Below are positions 30,244 through 40,254 of a DNA stretch of 64,000 nucleotides, piece by piece; positions within the stretch are counted from its first letter, which is position 1; every line of letters starts with the position of its first letter. The position numbers were made by a program, and so were the translations under genes. The DNA is from Acidimicrobiia bacterium (GTDB lineage: Bacteria; Actinomycetota; Acidimicrobiia; IMCC26256; JACDBD01). The DNA is taken from positions 3,787 through 67,786 of the forward strand of contig JBPCMN010000085.1 in the NCBI GenBank assembly GCA_051002235.1, given 5' to 3'. Under the pieces are notes generated by a model, which saw only the letters and a list, made by a program, of their open reading frames with translations, did not search any database and had not been told where the DNA came from.

Positions 30244-31788
30244 GTGGCGCTCAGCTTCCGTGTCGTGACCACCCCGGCCGCGGAGGTCAAGGCCGATCTG
30301 CTGGCGGTGCCGGTGGGGGCCGGGCCCGAGCTCGGTGCCGGCGCCGAGGCGGTCGCCGCCGCCCTCGACGACGGCCTGGTCGACTTCATGAAGGAGGTCG
30401 GGTTCGAGGGCAAGGCGGGGCAGACGCTCGCGGTCCCGGCGCGGGGGCGCACGAGCGCGGCGGCGATCTTGCTCGTCGGAGTGGGCCCGATCGCCGAGCT
30501 CACCGCCGATGGGTTGCGGCGCGCGGGCGCGGCCGTGGCGCGCCAGGCCAAGAAGGCGAGCTCGGTGGCGACGACGCTGCTCGAGCTGGCCGCTCCCGCG
30601 GACATCCCACCCGCCGACGCCGCCCAAGCTCTGGCCGAGGGGCTGGCGCTGGGCTCGTACCAGTTCCTCAAGTACAAGGATGAAAGCGCTGCCAGCCGTC
30701 TCCGGCGTGTGGTCGTCGTGGCCGCCGGACGCGGCGGGAAAGTCGAGGCGGCCCTCGACCGGGGCGCCACCATCGCCGCCGCCGTGAGCTGGGCGCGCGA
30801 CATCGTCAACGAGCCCGCGGGGGCCAAGTCGCCGGCGGCCTTCGCCGATGCCACCCGCCGTCTTCTGCGCGAGACCGGGGTCACGGTGAAAGTCCTGGCC
30901 GGCGCGCAGCTGAAGGCCGAGAAGCTCGGCGGCGTGCTGGGGGTCGGGCAGGGCTCGGACAGTCCTCCCCGGTTCGTGAAGCTCACCTACCGCCCCGCCG
31001 GCGCGCGGGGGACGCTGGCGCTCGTCGGCAAGGGTGTCGTCTTCGACTCGGGTGGGCTGTCGATCAAGACGTCGGGCGGCATGGAGACCATGAAGACCGA
31101 CATGTCAGGTGCGGCGGCCGTGATCGCGGCGATGTCGGCGCTGCGCGAGCTCGGGGTGAAGACGAAGGTCGTCGGCTACGTGCCGATGGTCGAGAACATG
31201 CCCAGCGGCTCCGCCATCCGGCCCGGCGACGTGCTGCGAATCCGGAACGGAAAGACCGTCGAGGTGCTCAACACCGACGCCGAGGGGCGCCTCATCCTCG
31301 CCGACGCGTTGTCGGTCGCGGCCGAGGACAAGCCGGACGCGGTCGTCGACCTCGCCACCCTCACCGGCGCGTGCATGGTGGCGCTCGGCGACAAGGTCGC
31401 CGGGCTCATGGGCAACGAGGACCGCTGGGTGGAGCAGGTGCGCGCCGCCGCCGATCGGGTGGGAGAGGCAGTGTGGCCGCTACCGCTTCCCGGCGACTAC
31501 CGCAAGCTGCTCGACTCCGAGGTCGCCGATCTCCGCAACATCGGCACCAGCAACTACGGCGGTGCCCTGACCGCCGGGCTGTTCCTGCGCGAGTTCGTCG
31601 GTGACGTCCCGTGGGCCCATCTCGACATCGCCGGCCCCGCCCGCGCCGGCAGCGACGACGGCTACGTCACCAAGGGAGGAACCGGCTACGGAGTCCGCAC
31701 ACTCATCGAGCTCGCCGGCACCTTCCAGCCGGTGAAGCCCCCCGCCCGCAAGCGGAGCCCCGCGAAGCGCGCCAAACGTCGTCGCTGA
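30244..31788 (+). CDS. pepA: Leucyl aminopeptidase (M17)
   Basis: VGKGVVFDSGGLSIK, MKTDMSGAA, NTDAEGRL, ATLTGA, WAHLDIAG. Confidence 0.95.
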   Translation: MALSFRVVTTPAAEVKADLLAVPVGAGPELGAGAEAVAAALDDGLVDFMKEVGFEGKAGQTLAVPARGRTSAAAILLVGVGPIAELTADGLRRAGAAVARQAKKASSVATTLLELAAPADIPPADAAQALAEGLALGSYQFLKYKDESAASRLRRVVVVAAGRGGKVEAALDRGATIAAAVSWARDIVNEPAGAKSPAAFADATRRLLRETGVTVKVLAGAQLKAEKLGGVLGVGQGSDSPPRFVKLTYRPAGARGTLALVGKGVVFDSGGLSIKTSGGMETMKTDMSGAAAVIAAMSALRELGVKTKVVGYVPMVENMPSGSAIRPGDVLRIRNGKTVEVLNTDAEGRLILADALSVAAEDKPDAVVDLATLTGACMVALGDKVAGLMGNEDRWVEQVRAAADRVGEAVWPLPLPGDYRKLLDSEVADLRNIGTSNYGGALTAGLFLREFVGDVPWAHLDIAGPARAGSDDGYVTKGGTGYGVRTLIELAGTFQPVKPPARKRSPAKRAKRRR

Positions 31789-31795
31789 CGACGGC

Positions 31796-32362
31796 TCAGG
31801 CGCGCAGCCCGTAGTGAGGCCGCAAGTGGGCCGCGAGGTCGGCGCGCCGCGGATTGTCCATATCGCGCTTCGAGAGCACGGGATCGGCGGCGACCCAAAC
31901 GGCTGCGATCTCGGGATCGTCCCAGGCGACCCCGAGCTCGTCGGCGGGGTTGAAGTACGCATCCACGAGATAGGTGATCGTCATATCGGTCAGCGATTCG
32001 AACGCGTGCGCGACCCCGGGTGGGATGAGGACTCCCCGGTGGTCGTGAGTCCCGTCGGCGGCTTCGCCGAGCTCGAAGGTGACCGTGGCGCCGTCGGTGG
32101 GGGAGCCGACCCTCAGGTCGTGTAACACCACACGAGCGCGGCCCATCGGCACGTACCAATAGTCGGACTGGTGCAGGTGGTAGTGGAATCCGACCACGCA
32201 GCCCTGCTCACGGTCACCCCGGTTGCCCTGCACCATCTCCAGGCTCCTGGGGAACCACTCCCGACGGTACGTCTCGATGAAGAGACCCCGCTCATCCCGG
32301 TGGACGACGGGTTCCACGGTGTAGACGCCCGCGATCGTTTCGGACTCGGTGACGGTGGCCAT
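31796..32362 (-). CDS. rmlC: dTDP-4-dehydrorhamnose 3,5-epimerase
   Basis: HRDERGLFIE, GFHYH, DLRVGSPT, IPPGVAHAF, WDDPEI. Confidence 0.9.
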   Translation of the reverse strand: MATVTESETIAGVYTVEPVVHRDERGLFIETYRREWFPRSLEMVQGNRGDREQGCVVGFHYHLHQSDYWYVPMGRARVVLHDLRVGSPTDGATVTFELGEAADGTHDHRGVLIPPGVAHAFESLTDMTITYLVDAYFNPADELGVAWDDPEIAAVWVAADPVLSKRDMDNPRRADLAAHLRPHYGLRA

Positions 32363-32364
32363 CC

Positions 32365-33456
32365 CTACTCCAGGTCGACGTGCGAGTGGTCGCCGAGCAT
32401 GAGCCGCAGCGCCCGGGGCCGCCGGCCCGACCGGGTGACCTCTACCTGCTTGCCGACGAGGGAGTCGGCGATCCCGGCGATCCCGAGGATGCGGCTCTCC
32501 TCGAGGACGACCGAGTGATCGAGCTCGGAGTCGACGACCTCGCAGTCACGGGAGATAGACGTGAACGGACCGACGAAGCTGTTCACCACCTTCGTGCGCT
32601 CACCGATGATGGCCGGCCCCCGTACCCGCGACCCGACGATCTCGGCTCCCGACTCCACCACCACCCGACCCTCGATGGTCGAGGCGTCGTCGACGGATCC
32701 TTCGATGCGGCTCTCGAGGGTCTCGAGGATCAGTCGATTGCTGTGCAGGAGGTCGTCCTTCTTGCCAGTGTCGATCCACCAGCCGTCCAGAACGTCGTGG
32801 TGGATCCGGTGGCCCTGGTCGATGAGCCACTGGATGGCATCCGTGATCTCCAGCTCCCCGCGACCCGAGGGCTCGATCGCCCGGACCGCCTCGTGGATGG
32901 TCGGCCCGAAGAGGTACACGCCCACGAGCGCGAGATCAGACGGCGGATCGGTCGGCTTCTCGACCAGCCGCACGACGTGACCGCCATCGATCTCGGCGAC
33001 ACCGAACTGCCGGGGATCGTCGACGCGGGCCAGCAGGATCTGGGCGACCGGCACCGGGCTGTCCTCGCCGGCCGCCGCGGCCCGGCCCTTCTCGAAGCGC
33101 TCGACGAAGTCACCCACTCCCTGCTGGAGCATGTTGTCGCCGAGGTACATGACGAAGTCGTCGTCGGCGAGGAACTCGCGCGCAATGAGGACGCAGTGTG
33201 CCAACCCGAGCGGAGCCGCCTGCGGGATGTACGTCACCTGCACGCCGAAACGTGAGCCGTCGCCGACAGCCTCGCGAATCTCGTCGGCCGTATCACCGAC
33301 GATGATCGCGATGTCGGTGATGTCGGCGCGGGCCATCTCCTCGATGCCGTAGAACAAGATCGGCTTGTTCGCCACCGGTACCAGCTGCTTGGCGCTGGTG
33401 TGGGTGATGGGACGCAGCCGGGTTCCGGCACCGCCCGCGAGGATCAGACCCTTCAC
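32365..33456 (-). CDS. rmlA: Glucose-1-phosphate thymidylyltransferase (long form)
   Basis: GLILAGGAGTRLRPIT, KQLVPVANKP, YLGDN, FGVAE, EKP, GELEITDA, WWIDTG; C-terminal beta-helix. Confidence 0.93.
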   Translation of the reverse strand: MKGLILAGGAGTRLRPITHTSAKQLVPVANKPILFYGIEEMARADITDIAIIVGDTADEIREAVGDGSRFGVQVTYIPQAAPLGLAHCVLIAREFLADDDFVMYLGDNMLQQGVGDFVERFEKGRAAAAGEDSPVPVAQILLARVDDPRQFGVAEIDGGHVVRLVEKPTDPPSDLALVGVYLFGPTIHEAVRAIEPSGRGELEITDAIQWLIDQGHRIHHDVLDGWWIDTGKKDDLLHSNRLILETLESRIEGSVDDASTIEGRVVVESGAEIVGSRVRGPAIIGERTKVVNSFVGPFTSISRDCEVVDSELDHSVVLEESRILGIAGIADSLVGKQVEVTRSGRRPRALRLMLGDHSHVDLE

Positions 33457-33542
33457 TAACGACGAACAGTAGTCAGAGCGGGATCAAACCTGGGCTTCGA
33501 CGAGCGTGCCGATCGGCGCCCAGTGTCAGTGACGTCCCGTTG

Positions 33543-34718
33543 TCAGGAGGTCGGCGGGCCCTCGACGGGATGGGGCAGGCAGAGGTCGTCGTACTCGGCG
33601 ATCTGGATCGGCGGGGCGTTCTCGCCGCAGGCGGGGCAGTTCGGGTCGCGCCGCACCTTGAATGTGCGGAAGCTCTGCTCGAGGGCGTCGTAGGCGAGCA
33701 GCCGGCCGTTCAGCGTCTCGCCGAGTTCGAGGACGATCTTGATCGCCTCGAGGGCCTGGATCGAGCCGATGATGCCGGGGAGCACACCGAGCACGCCGGC
33801 CTCGGCGCAGCTGGGGGCGAGCTCGGCCGGCGGCGGCTCGGGGAGCAGGCAGCGGTAGCAGGGCCCGTTGTACGGGTCGAACACCGTCACCTGGCCCTCG
33901 AAGCGGAAGATCGAGCCGTGCACGACTGGGATCCGCTTCAGCAGCGAAGCGTCGTTGAGCAGGTACCGGGTGGGGAAGTTGTCGGTGCCATCGACGATCA
34001 CGTCGTAGCCGTCGATGATCTCGAGCACGTTGTCGGCGCCGAAGCGCACGTCGTAGGTGACGACGTCGACGTCGGGGTTCAGCGCGGTGAGCGTCTTCTT
34101 GGCCGAGTCGACCTTGCGCTCGCCGATCCGGTCCTCGTTGTGGAGGATCTGGCGCTGGAGGTTCGACGCGTCGACGACGTCCATGTCGACAATGCCGATC
34201 GTTCCCACGCCGGCGGCGGCGAGGTAGAGCGCGGCGGGGGAGCCGAGGCCACCGGCGCCGAGGAGGAGCATCTTGCTCTCGAGCAGCTTCTGCTGGCCGG
34301 CTTCGCCCACCTCGGGGAGGAGGACGTGGCGGTGGTAGCGGTTGCGCTGCTCGGGGCTGAGCACCGCCGGGGTGATCCAGGGCCGGTCCTCGTTCTTCCA
34401 GCGCCCGAACCCGCCGGCCATGGAGACGACGTCGGTGTAGCCGAGCTCCTGGAGCGTCTGGGCTGCGAACGCCGAGCGGGTGCCGCCGGCGCAGTACACG
34501 ACGACCGGACGCTCGCGGTCGGGGACCTTGTTCTCGACCTGGCTCTCCAGGTGCCCCCGGGGAATGAAGACCGCCCCGGGGACCGTCCCCTGCTCGAACT
34601 CGTCGAGCTCGCGCACGTCGAGGAAGGTGGCGTCCCCGAGGCGCGTCTCGGCCTCGGCGGGATCGACCTCACGGATGTCCTTCTTCGCGGCGGCGAGAAG
34701 GTCGCGGAAACTGGCCAT
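33543..34718 (-). CDS. moeZ: Rhodanese-ThiF/MoeB fusion adenylyltransferase-sulfurtransferase
   Basis: N-terminal rhodanese ([13 protein letters not shown]); RYHRH, GAGGLGS, SNLQRQ, DGTDNF, CYRC, GVLG, CPAC. Confidence 0.9.
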   Translation of the reverse strand: MASFRDLLAAAKKDIREVDPAEAETRLGDATFLDVRELDEFEQGTVPGAVFIPRGHLESQVENKVPDRERPVVVYCAGGTRSAFAAQTLQELGYTDVVSMAGGFGRWKNEDRPWITPAVLSPEQRNRYHRHVLLPEVGEAGQQKLLESKMLLLGAGGLGSPAALYLAAAGVGTIGIVDMDVVDASNLQRQILHNEDRIGERKVDSAKKTLTALNPDVDVVTYDVRFGADNVLEIIDGYDVIVDGTDNFPTRYLLNDASLLKRIPVVHGSIFRFEGQVTVFDPYNGPCYRCLLPEPPPAELAPSCAEAGVLGVLPGIIGSIQALEAIKIVLELGETLNGRLLAYDALEQSFRTFKVRRDPNCPACGENAPPIQIAEYDDLCLPHPVEGPPTS

Positions 34719-34822
34719 ACAGGTGAAATGCTACCGCGTGGGTCGGGTATTCCACACGGCTTGCCGCATGTCCAGGCGACGGCCGCGCTGCGGAACAAGA
34801 ATGGCGGGAGAGAGGGGAAACC

Positions 34823-35560
34823 GTGGATCTCGTAGGGATCGACATCGGCGGGACCGGCATCAAGGGCGCGCCGGTCGACGTGGCGCGGGGGGTCCTGACA
34901 GCCGACCGTCTCCGCCTCCTGACGCCCCAGCCGGCCGTGCCCGAGGCGGTGGCCAAGGTTGTCGCCGAGGTCGTGGGGCACTTCCCGGCCGACGGGCCGG
35001 TGGGCGTGACCTTCCCGGCGGTGATCCGCCGGGGCCGGGCCGAGTCCGCCGCCCACGTCGACAAGAGCTGGATCGGTGAAGACGTCGCCGCCCGCCTGGG
35101 CGACGCCGCCGGCCGGCCGGTCGTGGTGCTCAACGACGCCGACGCCGCCGGGCTGGCGGAGATGCGATTCGGTGCCGGGAACGGGCGCGGCGGCCTGGTC
35201 GTGATGGTGACCCTCGGGACCGGGATCGGCACCGCGATGTTCATCGACGGCACCCTCGTGCCCAACACCGAGCTCGGCCACCTCGAGCTCGACGGGCGGG
35301 AGGCGGAGAAGCGTGCCGCCGAGTCGGTGCGCGAGCGTAAGGGCCTGAGCTGGTCGAAGTGGGGGAACCGGGTCGACGCGTACCTCCGCCACGTGGAGAT
35401 GCTCCTGTCGCCCGACCTCTTCATCATCGGCGGCGGCGTGAGCAAGAAGTCGACGAAGTTCTTCCCGTACCTGCATACGAAGGCCGAGATCGTGCCTGCC
35501 CAGCTGCTCAACGAGGCCGGGATCGTCGGCGCCGCGGTCGCGGCCGCCGAAGCGCGCTAA
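34823..35560 (+). CDS. ppgK: Polyphosphate glucokinase (ROK family)
   Basis: [63 protein letters not shown]. Confidence 0.92.
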   Translation: MDLVGIDIGGTGIKGAPVDVARGVLTADRLRLLTPQPAVPEAVAKVVAEVVGHFPADGPVGVTFPAVIRRGRAESAAHVDKSWIGEDVAARLGDAAGRPVVVLNDADAAGLAEMRFGAGNGRGGLVVMVTLGTGIGTAMFIDGTLVPNTELGHLELDGREAEKRAAESVRERKGLSWSKWGNRVDAYLRHVEMLLSPDLFIIGGGVSKKSTKFFPYLHTKAEIVPAQLLNEAGIVGAAVAAAEAR

Positions 35561-36366
35561 CTCCGGCGGCGGGCGCGCAGCGCCCGCTTCATCATCCTCA
35601 CCGGCGGGCCCAGCGGCGTCCGGGCCAGTCGATCTCTCAGGCTGAGGGGCGCTTCCGGGAGCGGTGGCGGGATGCGGACCGGCCCGAAGCGGCCCTTGGC
35701 GAGGATCAGGATGAACTCCGAATCGTCCGGTCGTTCAGGCGGCGCGAACACAACGATCTCGAAATCGAGCCCAACCTTCTGGCGTGCCGCCACGAAGAAG
35801 TCGAGGAACGTGTCCGCCTGCCAGCAGTGGAAATGGATGCTGTACTCCTCGGCCATGAGCCGCTCGGCATGCGTCTCGGGATCGTTCTCGTTGCGCATCA
35901 CGTTGCGGGCCCAGTCGACGTAGTGCTCTCGGCGGGTGGTGTCGGTCCCTTCGTCGTGCTCGCGCAGCAGGTGCTCGACCGTCGTGAGCTCGCGCGTCCG
36001 GTCGAATGTGCTCCGCTGCTCCGGGATGGCGAGGTAGGCCACACCGCCGGGCTTGAGCACGCGTTCGAACGTGAGCAACGTCGCGATCGGGTCTTCCACG
36101 TGCTCGACGAGGTGGTTGGCGATGACGAAGTCGACGGACTCGTCGTCGATGCAGGCCAGGTTGACCGCGTCACCGACGAGATCGACCGGCGTCAGCCGCG
36201 CGCCGGCGAGCTCCGGGTAGTGCCGGCGTTGTTCCTCGAGGGTCAGCCGGTCGACGTATCGGACGCGGGCAGTGTCGGGAACCCAGAGGGGGTGGTCGAG
36301 CGCGCCGACCTCGATGCCGTCCCCCTGGAGCCAGGCCGCCAGCAGACGGCGCTTCGGGTCACGCAC
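35557..36366 (-). CDS. SAM-dependent methyltransferase (type 11-like)
   Basis: GIEVGALDHP, RYVDR, VDFVIANHLVEH, VLKPGG, TFDRTR, YSIHFHCW. Confidence 0.8.
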   Translation of the reverse strand: MRDPKRRLLAAWLQGDGIEVGALDHPLWVPDTARVRYVDRLTLEEQRRHYPELAGARLTPVDLVGDAVNLACIDDESVDFVIANHLVEHVEDPIATLLTFERVLKPGGVAYLAIPEQRSTFDRTRELTTVEHLLREHDEGTDTTRREHYVDWARNVMRNENDPETHAERLMAEEYSIHFHCWQADTFLDFFVAARQKVGLDFEIVVFAPPERPDDSEFILILAKGRFGPVRIPPPLPEAPLSLRDRLARTPLGPPVRMMKRALRARRRS

Positions 36367-36368
36367 GT

Positions 36369-37121
36369 TCAGACGAGTTCCGCGAGCTTCGGGAGCACGA
36401 CGCCGAGCTGGTCGCGCACCACCGCGTCGGCGTAGCGGTCGAACGGGGTCGGCTCGGCGTTCATGACCACGAGGCGGGCACCCGCGCCCAACGCGACCTC
36501 GGGAAGCGCGGCCGCCGGGTAGACGCCCAGCGACGAGCCGATCGCCAGGAACAGGTCGGAGCCGGCGGCGGCCCGCTGAGAGCGCTCCAGGTCCTCGACC
36601 ACCAGGTTCTCGCCGAAGGAGATGGTCGCCGACTTCAAGATGCCGCCGCAGCCGTGGCAGCGGGGGTCGTCTTCACCGGCGAGGACGCGCTCGAGCGCCT
36701 CCTCCATCGGCGCCCGCCAGGTGCACCCCAGGCACTTGACCTCGCGCACGTTCCCGTGAATCTCCACGATGATCTCGGGCGACGAGCCCGCCCGGTGGTG
36801 GAGCCCGTCGATGTTCTGAGTGACGATCGTGTGCAGCGCCGCCTTCTTCTCCAGATCGGCGATCGCCCGGTGCCCGGAGTTGGGCTCGGCGTCCCACAAC
36901 GGGCTCTCGACCCGGTTGCGCCACGCCTTCTTCCGCACCTCGGGATCGCCGACGTAGTACTGGAGCGTGGCCGTCTTCTCGGCGTCGGGGTTCTTGGTCC
37001 AGACGCCTTGGGGCCCGCGGAAGTCGGGGATGCCCGACTCGGTCGAGATCCCCGCTCCGGTGAGGATCACGATGCGCTGGGCGCGCCGGATGGAGTCGGC
37101 GATGGTGTCGAGGTCGTCCAC
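36369..37121 (-). CDS. cobB: NAD-dependent protein deacylase (sirtuin)
   Basis: TGAGISTESGIPDFRG, TQNIDGLH, HG, two CxxC pairs, FGE, GSSLGVYPAA, N.EPT; TAATCT-N6-GTG promoter at 37128-37133. Confidence 0.93.
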   Translation of the reverse strand: MDDLDTIADSIRRAQRIVILTGAGISTESGIPDFRGPQGVWTKNPDAEKTATLQYYVGDPEVRKKAWRNRVESPLWDAEPNSGHRAIADLEKKAALHTIVTQNIDGLHHRAGSSPEIIVEIHGNVREVKCLGCTWRAPMEEALERVLAGEDDPRCHGCGGILKSATISFGENLVVEDLERSQRAAAGSDLFLAIGSSLGVYPAAALPEVALGAGARLVVMNAEPTPFDRYADAVVRDQLGVVLPKLAELV

Positions 37122-37199
37122 GCCGGAAGATTACGCGTCCCCGATGCTTGTGTTGTGAGGTCACCGAATGGGCGTCCCCGCAACACGAGAACCTGGGGT

Positions 37200-37805
37200 T
37201 CAGGCGGCGGTGTCGGGGACGGACGCTTCGACGGACTCGCGGTGGCGCTCGTACGCCCACCGGGCGCTCTCGTGGCAGATCGACGGGTGGAAGCCGGTGG
37301 CGTGCAGCACCCGCTCGACGTGGTCGGCGTCGTCGCCCTGCTCGAGCAGCGTGACCGCCAGCCGGCGCGCCCGGCCCCGCGCCGTGGTGAGCGGGCCCTG
37401 GGCCAGTTGGGTCTCGGCCCACTCCGCGTGCGCGACCTGGAGCTCGAGCGGGAGGCGGCGCACGTGCCGGACGTTGATCGGCGGGAGGTTGCGCCGCACT
37501 GCCACCGTGCCCCGGCCGTCGTCGCAGGCGAGGTCGAACTGAGCCAGGCGGGCCAGCGAGCGCACCAACGGCGAGCTGTTCCCCTCGCGCTGCCCGAGAC
37601 CGAGGGCCTGGGAGGTGTCGGCGACCGTGAGCTCGAGGCCCTCGGGCCGTTCGTCGAAGCGCTGAGCCAGGTGGCGCAGGAGCAGCAGCGCGGTCGGCCC
37701 GAGCGTGGGCAGCCAGAAAGTCTCGACGTAGAGGGAGCGGGGATCGTGGCCCAGGGTGTCGATGACGGGGTCGGGCCAGGGCTGGATCGTGAGGCTGGCG
37801 GGCAT
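37200..37805 (-). CDS. Hypothetical protein with winged-helix-like core (Rep/DnaB-N-like)
   Basis: 201-aa ORF with GGAGGG RBS; FWLPTLGPTALLLL helix and a putative HTH (TVADTSQALGLG...LVRSLARLAQFDLA). Confidence 0.7.
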   Translation of the reverse strand: MPASLTIQPWPDPVIDTLGHDPRSLYVETFWLPTLGPTALLLLRHLAQRFDERPEGLELTVADTSQALGLGQREGNSSPLVRSLARLAQFDLACDDGRGTVAVRRNLPPINVRHVRRLPLELQVAHAEWAETQLAQGPLTTARGRARRLAVTLLEQGDDADHVERVLHATGFHPSICHESARWAYERHRESVEASVPDTAA

Positions 37806-37891
37806 GGTTCCCTCCGCGGATCTCGGGGTGCGGGGGGAAGTGAGACTAGCTGTGACAGATTGTATAGAAGTGCCTGAGCCGGGTCAAGCGG

Positions 37892-39226
37892 CTAATCGGC
37901 GCCCAGGCCCGCCCAGGTCCCGAGGGTCTCGACCGGCCGCTCGCCCAGGTCGATCGCGGGGTGCGGCTCGGCAAAGAGGAAGCCTTGGGCGAACTCGCAT
38001 CCGAGCGTGCGCAGCTCAGCCAGCTGGGCCGGCGACTCCACGCCCTCGGCGATCGCGGTCAGCCCGAGAGCGTGGGCGAGGCTCACGCAGGCGGTGGCGA
38101 GCGCGGTGTCCTCGGCGTCGCGGCCGAGCCCGTCGACGAAGGTCTGGTCGACCTTCAGCGCCTCGACCGGGAGTCGCTTGAGGTAGCTCAGCGACGAGTA
38201 CCCGGTCCCGAAGTCGTCGATCGCGATGTGCACACCCTGGCCCTGGAGCGCCTGGAGCACACCGATCGCCGACTCGGCGTCGACCATCAGCGTGTTCTCG
38301 GTGATCTCGAGCCACACCGAGTCGGGGTGCACGCCGGTGTCCCGGACGATGCGGGCGACATCGTCGGGGAGCGTCGGCTCGGCCAGCTGGCGTGGCGACA
38401 GGTTCACACTGATCGTGAGCGGGGGCGCCGGCGCGGCCTCCTCCTGCCAGCGAGCCGTCTGCCGACAGGCCTCCTCCAGCACCCAGGCGCCGATCGGGAC
38501 GATGAGCCCGGTCGTCTCCGCCAGCCCGATGAACTCTCCCGGCGCGACCAGACCACGCTCGGGGTGCCGCCAGCGCAGCAGCGCCTCGAAGCCGGTCACA
38601 CCGCCTCGCTCCAGGTCGATTACCGGTTGGAAGTAGACGGCGAACTCGCCCCGCTCCAACGCGCGGCGCAGGGCGCTCCCCGTGCGGAGGTCGTCGACGG
38701 CGCCCTCCCGGGTCCGGCCGTCGAAGAGCTCGAACCGGGCGCGCCCCCGGTCCTTGGCCCGCCACATCGCGGTGTCGGCGTCGCGAACGAGCGCCGGCGC
38801 CGTCGCCCCCGGGCCCGAGGTGGCGATGCCGATGCTGGCGGTCACGAAGACCTCGCCGTCCTCGAGCATGACGGGACGCGAGATCTGGTCGGTGATCTCC
38901 GCCGCCAGCTCGTGGGCGTGGTCGGCGTCCCCGACCTCCTCGCACAGCACCAGGAACTCGTCGCCTCCGAGCCGGGCCAGGGTGTCGCTCGGGCGCAGCG
39001 CCCACAGCAGCCGCTGGGCGATTGTCTCGAGCAGGCCGTCGCCGGCTTCGTGCCCGAGCGCGTCGTTGACCATCTTGAAGTGGTCGAGTCCGATGACGAG
39101 GACCGCGACTCGCTTTTCCCCGGCGCCGCGATCGAGCGATGCCCCCACGCGGTCGACGAAGTCGACGCGGTCGGGCAGGCCGGTCAGAGGATCGCGGCTC
39201 GGGCGGGTCGCATGAGCGTCGGTCAT
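37892..39226 (-). CDS. GGDEF-EAL diguanylate cyclase/phosphodiesterase without sensor domain
   Basis: DPLTGL, LDHFKMVND, RPSD I-site, RLGGDEF, FQP, EALLRW, VNLS, LEITE, DDFGTGYSS, LKVD, EGVE, QG; AGGA RBS before ATG 39226. Confidence 0.93.
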   Translation of the reverse strand: MTDAHATRPSRDPLTGLPDRVDFVDRVGASLDRGAGEKRVAVLVIGLDHFKMVNDALGHEAGDGLLETIAQRLLWALRPSDTLARLGGDEFLVLCEEVGDADHAHELAAEITDQISRPVMLEDGEVFVTASIGIATSGPGATAPALVRDADTAMWRAKDRGRARFELFDGRTREGAVDDLRTGSALRRALERGEFAVYFQPVIDLERGGVTGFEALLRWRHPERGLVAPGEFIGLAETTGLIVPIGAWVLEEACRQTARWQEEAAPAPPLTISVNLSPRQLAEPTLPDDVARIVRDTGVHPDSVWLEITENTLMVDAESAIGVLQALQGQGVHIAIDDFGTGYSSLSYLKRLPVEALKVDQTFVDGLGRDAEDTALATACVSLAHALGLTAIAEGVESPAQLAELRTLGCEFAQGFLFAEPHPAIDLGERPVETLGTWAGLGAD

Positions 39227-39279
39227 GGATGTCCTGGGCCCAGAAAGGGCCCGGTCGGACTCCGCCCGAGGAGGGAAAC

Positions 39280-40254
39280 CTACCCGGTGGTACCCCGAAA
39301 CGCGCGGAGCATCTCCTGGGCCGCGGCGGTGGGACTCACCGTCCCTGCTGCCACCTCCCGCTCGAGCCCCTCCGCCAGAGCAGCCACCTGCTCGTCGCCC
39401 CGCAACGACTCGAGCAGGCTCTCCGACACCTCGGCCCACATCCACTCGCGGGCCTGCTCGGATCGGCGCCGCTCGAGCGCGCCCGACTCGCCCATCGACG
39501 CCTGGAACTCCTCGACCGCCCGCCACAGGTCGTCCACGCCCCGCCCCTCGAGCGCCGACACCAGCAGCACCCGCGGCTCCCACTCCGGCGTCCGCGGTCG
39601 CACGAGCCGCAGCGCGCTCGCGTAGTCGGCCGCGACCGCCTTGGCCACGGCGGCGAGCTCGCCGTCGGCCTTGTTCACCACGACGATGTCGGCCAGCTCG
39701 ATGACCCCGCGCTTGATGCCCTGGAGCTCGTCACCGGCTCCCGGCGCCAGCACGAGCACGAACACGTCGACCATGTCCGCCACCGCGGCCTCGGACTGTC
39801 CCACCCCCACCGTCTCGACGAGCACCACGTCGAACCCGGCTGCTTCGCACAGCAACATCGCCTCCCGGGTGCGCCGCGCCACCCCGCCGAGGGTGCGCCC
39901 GGTCGGCGACGGCCGGACGAACGCGGCATCCCGGCGGGTGAGCTCGCCCATGCGGGTCTTGTCGCCCAGGATCGATCCCCCGCTGCGGCCGCTCGAGGGG
40001 TCCACGGCCAGCACCGCGACCCGATGGCCCCGGTCGACCAGGTAGAGCCCGAGGGCCTCGATGAACGTCGACTTGCCCGCGCCCGGCGTCCCCGAGATGC
40101 CCACCCGTACCGACCCGCCGGTGTGCGGCAGCACCTCGTCGAGCAACTCGGTGGCCTCGGCCCGGTGGTCGGGCCGGGTCGACTCGACCAGCGTGATCGC
40201 CCGCGCCAGCGCGCGCCGGTCGCCGGCGAGGACCTGCCGGGCCAGATCGCTCAA
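39280..40254 (-). CDS. meaB: Methylmalonyl-CoA mutase-associated GTPase
   Basis: [61 protein letters not shown]; TTG overlaps the mutase stop. Confidence 0.95.
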   Translation of the reverse strand: MSDLARQVLAGDRRALARAITLVESTRPDHRAEATELLDEVLPHTGGSVRVGISGTPGAGKSTFIEALGLYLVDRGHRVAVLAVDPSSGRSGGSILGDKTRMGELTRRDAAFVRPSPTGRTLGGVARRTREAMLLCEAAGFDVVLVETVGVGQSEAAVADMVDVFVLVLAPGAGDELQGIKRGVIELADIVVVNKADGELAAVAKAVAADYASALRLVRPRTPEWEPRVLLVSALEGRGVDDLWRAVEEFQASMGESGALERRRSEQAREWMWAEVSESLLESLRGDEQVAALAEGLEREVAAGTVSPTAAAQEMLRAFRGTTG

